Of a stretch of 43,309 nucleotides of DNA, positions 32,161-39,014 are shown one piece after another. A program made the position numbers and the translations under genes. The stretch comes from a virus: IMG/VR virus record IMGVR_UViG_3300045988_023625, positions 1-43,309 of that record, one strand, 5' to 3'. The number at the start of each line of letters is the position of its first letter. Position 1 is the stretch's first letter. The notes beneath the pieces were generated by a model that saw nothing but the letters and a program-made list of their open reading frames with translations, did no database searches and was not told the origin of the DNA.

Positions 32161-32808
32161 TTATGCCCCGATTGCTTTTGTCTGCATCAAGCAATTCTTG
32201 ACCTTCTGGTAATCCATGCCAACTTCCAGCAGAACCGAAATGCGGTTTTCCATCTTTGACACCGCCTCAAGCTCGTCCGAACTCATGTAATCGCTCGCCG
32301 TTGCAGACTTTTCCGCGCCGCGCTCCTTACGAAGCTGCCGCGCCGTTTTGCCGAGCGCCGCCATATATGCGAGGTCGGTGTACTGGCTATACTTGAACTG
32401 CTTATGTGGACTGTCCGGCAACGCCTTGATAGCATCCGTCATGCTGGTACGCAGCGGCTTTCTCTCGGCCTTGATTGCCTTAATATTCATCAGCTCTTTG
32501 CGCATGGCGAAGAACTGGCGAACAAGTTCTTTCTTGAACTCAATGACAACAGGGGTATTGCGGAGGAATGTAAGCAGAAGCGTTGCCTGTTGCTCGTTCA
32601 AGTGATAAATCTTTGCCATCTGCTGACCGCCCCGCGTCTGCAAGGTCCGGATTTCAAATCCGACCCTTCCAAACTCGCGAAGGTCTTTTCCATGGCGTTG
32701 GATTAACTTCTGTACTGTGTCTCGCTTCACACCCGCGCACTCTGCAATGACTTCGGATGTCGTGAATGGATCTTCGGTGTTCGGGGAAAGATAAACCAGA
32801 TCGTTCAT
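32161..32808 (-). CDS. Rha-family phage regulatory protein
   Basis: Start MNDLVYL at 32808 (ATGA overlap with the cro-like gene). Rha-like pattern FTTSEVIAECAGVKRDTVQKLIQRH...KIYHLNEQQATLLLTFLRN. Confidence 0.7.
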   Translation of the reverse strand: MNDLVYLSPNTEDPFTTSEVIAECAGVKRDTVQKLIQRHGKDLREFGRVGFEIRTLQTRGGQQMAKIYHLNEQQATLLLTFLRNTPVVIEFKKELVRQFFAMRKELMNIKAIKAERKPLRTSMTDAIKALPDSPHKQFKYSQYTDLAYMAALGKTARQLRKERGAEKSATASDYMSSDELEAVSKMENRISVLLEVGMDYQKVKNCLMQTKAIGA

Positions 32809-33002
32809 GTATCCTCCTTGTCCGGCTTTAACAGCTCGTCCACCGTGCAACCGTACAGCGCTGCGATTTCCGGCAATCTGCTTGCCCTCGGGGCCTGCTG
32901 ACCAGTCTCCCAGTAATACACGGCCACGTCGGAGATTTTCAGCGCGTCCGCTACCTGCTGGACGCTGAATCCAGCTTTATGACGCGCGCTTCGAAAACTC
33001 AT
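32805..33002 (-). CDS. Cro-like XRE HTH regulator (first gene of the early operon)
   Basis: 65 aa: RSARHKAGFSVQQVADALKISDVAVYYWETGQQAP. It is divergent from the CI-like gene. Confidence 0.8.
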   Translation of the reverse strand: MSFRSARHKAGFSVQQVADALKISDVAVYYWETGQQAPRASRLPEIAALYGCTVDELLKPDKEDT

Positions 33003-33222
33003 CTTTTCACCTCCAAATACTAAGTTTTGCTTGACAACTTAGCGAACCGTGATATTATAAGAAGTGCCAACAAACTAATAATTTCGACAGTCCGCTAAGT
33101 ATCAAGGGGGCTTGCTCTTTTATTGCCCTTTCTGCAACTAAGTATATACTCAGTTAGCGCGAATGTCAATAGGAAGTTAGCGAAAACTAAGTTTTATTTT
33201 ATACAAAATCGGAGCTACAGTT
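33003..33222. promoter_or_regulatory. Genetic switch region: divergent promoters and repeated operator half-sites
   Basis: Plus-strand promoter: TTGACA (33031-33036), 16-nt spacer, TATTAT (33053-33058). The hexamer ACTTAG/AGTTAG or its complement CTAAGT occurs seven times: 33020, 33037, 33095, 33138, 33152, 33175, 33187. Confidence 0.6.
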
Positions 33223-33603
33223 ATGTCTAAATCGCCTATTGTCGCCAGAATTAACGCATTATTGTCTCTTAAAGGCATTTCTAAAAAGCAATTTTTTAAA
33301 GATTGCAAAATTTCTTCATCTGCATTTTCGCAATGGAATACAGGGAAAATCGAAGTGCCTCGAGGGAAAAACATTGAACGAATAGCAAATTATCTTGGAG
33401 TTTCGGTAGAATATCTTTTATATGAGGATATGCAAGAATTTCAGGCAAAAAAAGAGCGCCCCACCGATGGTGAAGCGCTCATTTCTGAATTGCCCGAAGA
33501 TATTCAAAAGCTTATTCGGATTTGCGAATCAAATCCTGACCTTGCTGCTGCTCTACTATCTGTTGCGCAGCAGATCGAAAAAGGTCAAGTTGCTGGGGAG
33601 TAA
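33223..33603 (+). CDS. CI-like XRE-family repressor
   Basis: 126 aa: ARINALLSLKGISKKQFFKDCKISSSAFSQWNTGK...IANYLGVSVEYLL. It has the divergent arrangement with the cro-like gene. Confidence 0.8.
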   Translation: MSKSPIVARINALLSLKGISKKQFFKDCKISSSAFSQWNTGKIEVPRGKNIERIANYLGVSVEYLLYEDMQEFQAKKERPTDGEALISELPEDIQKLIRICESNPDLAAALLSVAQQIEKGQVAGE

Positions 33604-33718
33604 ATCTCGAAATTGTAATAATCAATTCCTCTACCGTCGTCATCCTCTCTGCCCTCCGTTCGCTCTCATATAATAAAACAAGTGTTCTATCGCGGATTAG
33701 TATAGCACTAATTTTTAA

Positions 33719-33747
33719 TTGATTCAATATAATTTAAAATATAAAAT
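33719..33747 (+). promoter_or_regulatory. Candidate promoter of the 336-aa orphan gene
   Basis: TTGATT (33719-33724), 17-nt spacer, TAAAAT (33742-33747). RBS AGGTGA lies before the ATG at 33762. Confidence 0.45.
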
Positions 33748-33761
33748 TAGGTGAATTTGAT

Positions 33762-34772
33762 ATGCCAATTACCGTATATTTTGAGCACGGCCGCGTTGCG
33801 GAGTTGTTTCCAGAACCAAATCAATCGTATTATGACGTGCGCGATAAGATCAACGCGGCGACTGATATAGTGTCTGATGGAATAAAATACGATTTGACCG
33901 ATAAGCAATCGATTTATTCTATCGCCATTCCTGACTATACAAAAGTACGCAATGTACCCCCTTCAAAAGAATTAGGCCCAACAGGGTATCTTGAATATGT
34001 GTTGAGAATGCACGCTGGTTTTCTGTGGAATGCCGGAGATTACCAGCTATCAATGGCATGCCTTGAAAAATCTTGCCAGTTGATGACATATTCCACTCTC
34101 GGGTGGGAGAGAAAAGACTTTTATAGGGTCGTCAACTATTACATTGAGTTAGGGCGATTCAAAAAAGCAAAAGAGTGGAAAGACTGGATAGATAACCACA
34201 CGGAATCTCCGGAAGACTATGCAAAAGACGCATTTGCAAGAACGCTTGAATCGTGTAAAAGACTTAAAACTGATTTAGTAGAGGTTGGCGATTCAAACGC
34301 GTGCTGTGAAATTTGCGCGAAGTACCGGAGACGAATATATAGCTTATCTGGGAAAAGTTGGAAGTTCCCAAAGTTTCCAGATGATTTCCATTTTCAATGT
34401 GCTCTTGGGATATTTGCCTATATTGATGGTGTTTCCGAGCCGTCTTTCAAATGCATTAGTCCATCTCTGTATAGCAAACGACCATTTCGCGATGATCGAA
34501 CAGAAGAAGAAAAGGAAAATTATAGACTTTGGTTAGAACGTGTTGAAAAGTCTTATAATCCGATCAATGAGCCGAATCTAAATCATATTATTTATTATTG
34601 GTTCAAGCCTAAATTCCCCGACGACTTCCCAAAATCTCTTTCTGGCTTTTCTCGCATGCGAAACGGTAACACAGCAAATTATCAAAAGCTGGCACAGAAG
34701 ATTGAGGATGCGGGGTATACCATACCTAAATCATTAAATGAGGTCGCAGAATGGGAAGAGCGGGAGAATTGA
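33762..34772 (+). CDS. Orphan 336-aa protein in the lysogeny module (function unknown)
   Basis: Clearly more AT-rich than the rest of the genome by eye. Cys cluster NACCEICAKYRRR...FHFQC. The motif PKFPDDF occurs twice. I recognise no family. Confidence 0.75.
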   Translation: MPITVYFEHGRVAELFPEPNQSYYDVRDKINAATDIVSDGIKYDLTDKQSIYSIAIPDYTKVRNVPPSKELGPTGYLEYVLRMHAGFLWNAGDYQLSMACLEKSCQLMTYSTLGWERKDFYRVVNYYIELGRFKKAKEWKDWIDNHTESPEDYAKDAFARTLESCKRLKTDLVEVGDSNACCEICAKYRRRIYSLSGKSWKFPKFPDDFHFQCALGIFAYIDGVSEPSFKCISPSLYSKRPFRDDRTEEEKENYRLWLERVEKSYNPINEPNLNHIIYYWFKPKFPDDFPKSLSGFSRMRNGNTANYQKLAQKIEDAGYTIPKSLNEVAEWEEREN

Positions 34773-34800
34773 AAAGTTGCAAGGCGGTATAGCTTAGATT

Positions 34801-34840
34801 GGCCCCGCCGCCCTCTGCAACAAACGGCGGGGCCTTTTTG
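34801..34840 (+). terminator. Strong intrinsic terminator, followed by a second weaker hairpin at 34845-34866
   Basis: GGCCCCGCCG (34801-34810) pairs with CGGCGGGGCC (34825-34834), followed by TTTTTG. Next, CAGCGG pairs with CCGCTG, followed by cttgtttt. Confidence 0.8.
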
Positions 34841-35003
34841 CAGCCAGCGGGAAGCGGTCGCCGCTGCTTGTTTTGACCATACTCTGCTTTACCTTGGTAA
34901 TTCAACACCGAAACATTGCAATAAGACAGCGCTCGACGCAATTCGACAAACCATTATCTTGCGACTTCGCAACGCAAAAATCGGAGAAATTAAGGTGGCA
35001 TAA

Positions 35004-35417
35004 ATGAACATTCAAGAAGTGTGTAAATCCCGTAAAGAAGAACTGAAACTAACTTATCAGGACATTTCCGATGCTTCCGGCGTGCCGCTGTCCACTGTGC
35101 AGAACTTCTTTTCCAAGTTTTCTAAAGCCCCGTCTATCTACACCGTTGCGCCGATCTGTAAGGTGCTCGGCATATCCCTTGATGAGGTGTTCGGAATTTC
35201 CGAACACTTGACGCCGACCGAGGAAACTTTGCAAGCGCGCAACGACGAACTGGAACGCCACGTGGACGCAAAAGCAGACACGATCGAGATCATGCGGCGC
35301 GGTGTTCGTATCCGCAACGGCGTAATCTTAATTCTGTTTATTATGGTGGTGTTGCTGGCTGTATGGTGCTTGTATATCGATCTGCATTGCGCCGATTACG
35401 GATTTTGGAGGGGCTGA
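35004..35417 (+). CDS. Membrane-anchored XRE HTH protein
   Basis: 137 aa. HTH (LTYQDISDASGVPLSTVQNFFS), a coiled segment, and a C-terminal TM segment GVILILFIMVVLLAVWCLYI. The palindrome TTGCGA-CT-TCGCAA lies upstream at 34959-34972. Confidence 0.7.
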   Translation: MNIQEVCKSRKEELKLTYQDISDASGVPLSTVQNFFSKFSKAPSIYTVAPICKVLGISLDEVFGISEHLTPTEETLQARNDELERHVDAKADTIEIMRRGVRIRNGVILILFIMVVLLAVWCLYIDLHCADYGFWRG

Positions 35418-35418
35418 C

Positions 35419-36543
35419 ATGGCGAATTGCATCAAATGCAAAGCAGCGTTGCCGGATGGCGCGCTGTTTTGTCCTATGTGCGGCAAAAAGCAGGTCGCCG
35501 AAAAGCGCAAGGCGCTCAAGCGCGCCAACGGAACCGGCACGGTATATAAGCTCTCAGGCCGCCGTGCGCGCCCGTGGGTCGCCGCGAAGAACAGGGTGGT
35601 TATTGGATACTACGAGCGCAAAACGGACGCGCTGGACGCGCTGGAACGGCTGAACGGAAAACCCCTGACGGAGCGATACAACATGACCTTTGCTGAAGTG
35701 TTTGAGGCGTGGAAAGCCGAGCATTACAAAGAAATCGGAAAGCAAAGCATTCGGTCATACGACGCTGCATTTAAGGTGTTCGCGTCTCTACATGATAAAA
35801 AGTTTCGGGATCTGCGAACGGCAGATTTTCAGGCGGTGCTCGCCCCACACATGGGGAAAAGCCGATCGACCGTGAGCAAGCACAAAAATCTGATCACGCA
35901 AATGTCGGAATGGGCAATGCGGGAAGAGATCTGCACGACCAATTTTGCGCAGTTCATAAAAGTCCCGGAAGCCATGAAAAAAGAAAAGAATATCTTCACC
36001 GAGGAAGATATCCAGAAACTCGAAAAGGACGGCAGCGACGCGGCGAAGATCGTTCTGATGCTGCTTTCAACCGGTATGCGCATCGGTGAGCTATTTTCTC
36101 TTCCGGTCGCAGATTATCACGGGGCTTATGTGGTAGGCGGAGAAAAGACAGATGCAGGCCGCAACCGTATTATCCCCATCCGTCCGGAAGGGCGGCAATA
36201 TTTTGAGTATTTCGTCGCGCGTGCAACAGGCGAGTTGCTGATCTCCGGGTACAGCGGGCAGAAAGTCGTTGAGAATTTCCGCAAGCGCGATTTTTACCCG
36301 CTACTCGACCGGCTCGGCATATCCAAAAAGACGCCGCACGCCACGCGCCACACTTACGCATCCCGCGCCGTCAAAGAGGGTCTCGCCCCAGAGATGCTGC
36401 AAAAAATCCTCGGTCATGCCGATTATTCCACCACAGCAAACGTCTATACCCATATCGACCCCGAAACGCTTGTATCCGCTGTTACTAACTCGTTACTAAC
36501 AATCCCAAAAAAGAGCAAAAAGAAAGAGCCCCGAAACCATTGA
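35419..36543 (+). CDS. int: Tyrosine integrase with an N-terminal zinc ribbon
   Basis: 374 aa. Contains CIKCKAALPDGALFCPMCGKK. Catalytic-region motifs are HATRHTYASRAV and LGHADYSTTANVYTHI. Confidence 0.9.
   Translation: MANCIKCKAALPDGALFCPMCGKKQVAEKRKALKRANGTGTVYKLSGRRARPWVAAKNRVVIGYYERKTDALDALERLNGKPLTERYNMTFAEVFEAWKAEHYKEIGKQSIRSYDAAFKVFASLHDKKFRDLRTADFQAVLAPHMGKSRSTVSKHKNLITQMSEWAMREEICTTNFAQFIKVPEAMKKEKNIFTEEDIQKLEKDGSDAAKIVLMLLSTGMRIGELFSLPVADYHGAYVVGGEKTDAGRNRIIPIRPEGRQYFEYFVARATGELLISGYSGQKVVENFRKRDFYPLLDRLGISKKTPHATRHTYASRAVKEGLAPEMLQKILGHADYSTTANVYTHIDPETLVSAVTNSLLTIPKKSKKKEPRNH
36481..36500 (+). repeat. Two copies of the 9-mer GTTACTAAC (candidate integrase arm-type sites, P arm)
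   Basis: 36481-36489 and 36492-36500, inside the 3' end of int. Confidence 0.5.
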
Positions 36544-36560
36544 GATTTCAGGGCTTTTTT
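36527..36560 (+). terminator. Terminator-like hairpin at the 3' end of int
   Basis: AGCCCcGAAA (36527-36536) pairs with TTTCaGGGCT (36546-36555), followed by TTTTT (36556-36560). Confidence 0.55.
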
Positions 36561-36605
36561 GGAGCTGGTGGTGTGACTCGAACACATGACCTGCTGATTA
36601 CGAAT
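36560..36605 (-). other. attP core: 46-nt copy of the 3' part of a tRNA-Thr(CGU), from the anticodon loop to CCA
   Basis: The minus strand reads A-TTCGTAA-TCAGC-AGGTC-ATGTG-TTCGAGT-CACAC-CACCAGC-T-CCA. These segments correspond to anticodon loop (anticodon CGT), anticodon stem 3' strand, variable loop, T arm, acceptor 3' strand, discriminator and CCA. No D arm or 5' acceptor strand lies upstream, so this is not a functional tRNA. Confidence 0.7.
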
Positions 36606-36692
36606 TAAGCGCAAAAGCCGAACGCGCGGCATATTGTAGCAATAGTATGGAATATCACGGCATAATTGCAATATATATGAATTAAATATGCC

Positions 36693-36725
36693 GTCATTCC
36701 GCGTCATTCCGTCGCGGTTACTAAC
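36693..36725 (+). repeat. GTCATTCCG x2 and a third GTTACTAAC (candidate P' arm sites)
   Basis: GTCATTCCG at 36693-36701 and 36703-36711. GTTACTAAC at 36717-36725. An AT-rich tract lies at 36661-36690. Confidence 0.45.
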
Positions 36726-36734
36726 AAATTGCTA

Positions 36735-37055
36735 TCACTTTTCCAGTTTCCGCATGACGCTGTTGTACACGCGCTCATTGACGATCTTGAGGTCGTCCAT
36801 CAGCTCATCAATGATCTCCCACGCCTTGTCCGGCGGAACACCTGCCACTGCGCGCAGAAAATCGCTGTCGCCGTATGTTTCGACGCTAACCGGCGCGGGC
36901 GCTGCGGAGTATGCCATTGGCAAAGCCCTCTCTCTGCTGCCGCTTTGCTGGTCACGAATGGCATACAGCACGGCAAGGCGCTCGTAGTTTGTCCAACTCG
37001 ATTCCTCTGTTTCAAGGCGAGCTATCCAGCGCTTGACCTCATTCTCGTCGACCAT
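36735..37055 (-). CDS. Accessory operon gene 8: acidic helical protein, unknown function
   Basis: Start MVDENEVKRW at 37055 after an AGGGGGTG RBS. 106 aa. It is the last gene before attP. Confidence 0.6.
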   Translation of the reverse strand: MVDENEVKRWIARLETEESSWTNYERLAVLYAIRDQQSGSRERALPMAYSAAPAPVSVETYGDSDFLRAVAGVPPDKAWEIIDELMDDLKIVNERVYNSVMRKLEK

Positions 37056-37071
37056 AGGGGATTCACCCCCT

Positions 37072-37479
37072 TTAACCCTCGATCGTGTCCATACAGCGCT
37101 GGATTGCTCTGCGGATGCTGTCATCGTCCGCATCGTCAAGCATCTCCTGCAACTGGCGTTTCATGTTGTCGATGCCGCCGTCACGGGAATAGTGGCCGCG
37201 CACATAATGCGTGCCGCGTCTTGCATTGGACATATCACGGTCATAAGCGCCGCGCATGCCCGACTGCCAGTCTCCGTCGCGGGAATAGCGGCGAGAATAG
37301 TCTTCATCGCGGGAATAGCCGCCGTCTTCCATTATCTCGATCTTATCGATGTTCTTGATGGTGTCCGTCAGTTTGTGCGCGATTTCGAGATCTCCCGCGC
37401 CAAGCTCGCCCTTACGTGCCAGCTCGTCAAGTTCGTCGCACAGCATATTGCGTAAATCATACATTGCTTTCTTGCTCAT
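37072..37479 (-). CDS. Accessory operon gene 7: helical protein with a central Arg/Asp/Tyr/Ser-rich segment
   Basis: Start MSKKAMYDLRN at 37479 (RBS AAAGGAG, 7-nt spacing). 135 aa. The central segment is GGYSRDEDYSRRYSRDGDW...HYVRGHYSRDGG. Confidence 0.6.
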   Translation of the reverse strand: MSKKAMYDLRNMLCDELDELARKGELGAGDLEIAHKLTDTIKNIDKIEIMEDGGYSRDEDYSRRYSRDGDWQSGMRGAYDRDMSNARRGTHYVRGHYSRDGGIDNMKRQLQEMLDDADDDSIRRAIQRCMDTIEG

Positions 37480-37492
37480 GTCCATTCTCCTT

Positions 37493-37915
37493 TCACGCGA
37501 TTCTCTCAACCGTCAGATTCGAGTTAGCGAAGTTGACGGCCTGAGCGCTGGTGTTTTCCATTGCGACCGTCAGGCAGCAACCTTTCGGAACGCAGACCTG
37601 TGCGGAAACATAAATGTTAAAGTAGTTTCCTACCGCCGCGGGCGTGACGGTCGCCGTTGCGCTGGTCAACGGCTCTCCGTTAATGGCAAGCGCCGCCGTG
37701 ATTGCCTCGACCGTTCCTCCGGTGGGAATAGCGATGTTGCCGCCATAGGAGACCCTAAACAAGGCGCGATTTTGATTGGTGATGCCGCGAAGCGTGACAA
37801 CGCCTGCGCCCTGACGATGCACGATACAGGGCTTGCTATTGACCGCCGTTTCAGTCAGGGGAACGTTCTGGCCAGCAGCAACGGTCTGAATTGCCGCAGA
37901 AGTAAATTCTGCCAT
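37493..37915 (-). CDS. Accessory operon gene 6: BclA C-terminal-domain-like (C1q/TNF-like jelly roll) protein with no collagen stalk
   Basis: Start MAEFTSAAIQ at 37915. 140 aa. The pattern AAIQTVAAGQNVPL ... VTLRG ... ALAINGEPLTSA ... NLTVERIA parallels the B. anthracis BclA CTD as I remember it (IQVNGVPVPG ... SIIIEKVA). Confidence 0.6.
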   Translation of the reverse strand: MAEFTSAAIQTVAAGQNVPLTETAVNSKPCIVHRQGAGVVTLRGITNQNRALFRVSYGGNIAIPTGGTVEAITAALAINGEPLTSATATVTPAAVGNYFNIYVSAQVCVPKGCCLTVAMENTSAQAVNFANSNLTVERIA

Positions 37916-37934
37916 TAAAATCATTCCTTTCTCA

Positions 37935-37969
37935 GTTAAAATACAGCGGCGGAGCTATTGCCCCGCCGC
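37935..37969 (-). terminator. Terminator/attenuator-like hairpin between accessory genes 5 and 6
   Basis: Minus-strand RNA is GCGGCGG-(10 nt)-CCGCCGC (37969..37946) followed by UGUAUUUUAA. Confidence 0.45.
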
Positions 37970-38037
37970 GTTGTTGTAGTATCGGCACGGGGCCGACCAT
38001 TTCCCCCACATGGGGAAAAAGCTATGCTATGCAGTTG

Positions 38038-38745
38038 TCAGCAGCCGCAACCGGCAAACTGGTTGCAGCAATAGGGGTTCTGCACCGTGTAGGCCGGAAT
38101 GGGAGAGGGGCGCAGCTGCGAGACCAGATAGCTGTTCTGTGCCGCCTGAGACGCGGCCAGCTTCAAGCCCTGGTTCTCGCTCTGGAGATCCTGCAACTTG
38201 CTCTGCGTCAGGAAGTCGAGGATCGCGCGGCTGTTGCTGTTGGCGTTGTCGATGATGTCGCGCGTCGCGTTCTGCACGGTGTTGCGCGTGTCGCACGCCT
38301 GCGCAGCCATGTCGTAGCGCACTTGCGCGATCGCGGCACGGTTCTCGCAGCAGCAATTCGCGGCCTGCATCTGCATGGCGTTGAGCTGCTGCATCAGCGC
38401 CGCCTGCTGGTTGCTACGGGACAGCTCGGCCTGTGCAAAGCCGTTTGCCATCGCCATATTGGTGCCGTTGGCAAGCTGCGCCTGCTGGTAAAACCCGTTG
38501 CAAAGGCCGTCGTTTACACTGTCGATCTTGCGCTCGACATTGGCAAAATCAGAGGTCAGCACATAGCCGTCGACCACGCCGCCGGAATTGCCAGCGTTAT
38601 TGCCCCAGCCGTTGCGGCCCCAGCCGAAGAGGAAAAGAACGATAATCCAGATCCAGTTTTCGCCCCACATGCCCATACCTCCGCCGTAGTTGTTCGCGGG
38701 CGCGACCGGCATGGTCATCATGGGAGCGCCGTCAGAAAGAGACAT
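38038..38745 (-). CDS. Accessory operon gene 5: Gly/Met-rich N-terminus, TM, coiled coil, Cys clusters
   Basis: 235 aa. TM segment NWIWIIVLFLFGWG. Gln/Asn/Ala-rich helical region with AANCCCENRAAIAQVRYDMAAQACD. The C-terminus ends NPYCCNQFAGCGC. Confidence 0.7.
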   Translation of the reverse strand: MSLSDGAPMMTMPVAPANNYGGGMGMWGENWIWIIVLFLFGWGRNGWGNNAGNSGGVVDGYVLTSDFANVERKIDSVNDGLCNGFYQQAQLANGTNMAMANGFAQAELSRSNQQAALMQQLNAMQMQAANCCCENRAAIAQVRYDMAAQACDTRNTVQNATRDIIDNANSNSRAILDFLTQSKLQDLQSENQGLKLAASQAAQNSYLVSQLRPSPIPAYTVQNPYCCNQFAGCGC

Positions 38746-38795
38746 ATTATCTCTCCTTTCAAAATTTTATTTATCAAATCGTGGCCACGATAAGA

Positions 38796-39014
38796 TCAAT
38801 GAAATAAGGGTCCAAACTGCTTTGCCATAGATTGGAGATGGTTCAACTCTTGTTGGCTCATAGCGCCAGATTGTAGAAGTTTATTGACTTCTTCTTTGGG
38901 GTCCCCCTGAAAGCCACTTTGAAACTGCTGGAATTTTTGCTTGAGCTGCATCAGATCCCACATCGGCCCCGGCATCTGTCCGCCGCCGAGCGCACCGAAA
39001 AAGGGATTATTCAT
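38796..39014 (-). CDS. Accessory operon gene 4: 72-aa Gln/Phe/Gly-rich protein
   Basis: MNNPFFGALGGGQMPGPMWDLMQLKQKFQQFQSGFQGDPKEEV... RBS AAGGAGGAA. Overlaps gene 3 by 8 nt. Confidence 0.6.
   Translation of the reverse strand: MNNPFFGALGGGQMPGPMWDLMQLKQKFQQFQSGFQGDPKEEVNKLLQSGAMSQQELNHLQSMAKQFGPLFH

Noticed and set aside
32125-32162. A hairpin (GCCCTGTTC-13 nt-GAACAGGGC) as the terminator of the Rha-like gene
   Set aside because: On the minus (coding) strand it is not followed by a U tract. The T-rich tail is on the plus strand, where there is no upstream gene. It may be an RNA-stability or processing element, so I do not call it a terminator.
33512-33727. 71-aa minus-strand ORF (or a 43-aa version from MTTVEELI with a GGAGG-like RBS), convergent with and overlapping the CI-like gene's 3' end
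   Set aside because: It is antisense to the repressor's C-terminal helix coding region. The protein-like appearance can arise from the complement of an amphipathic helix. I have no independent support, so I left it unannotated, but it could be checked by ribosome profiling.
36560-36605. A functional tRNA gene
   Set aside because: Only the 3' portion is present, from the anticodon loop to CCA. The upstream sequence has no D arm or 5' acceptor strand, and the anticodon stem 5' strand does not pair. I interpret it as the attP core.
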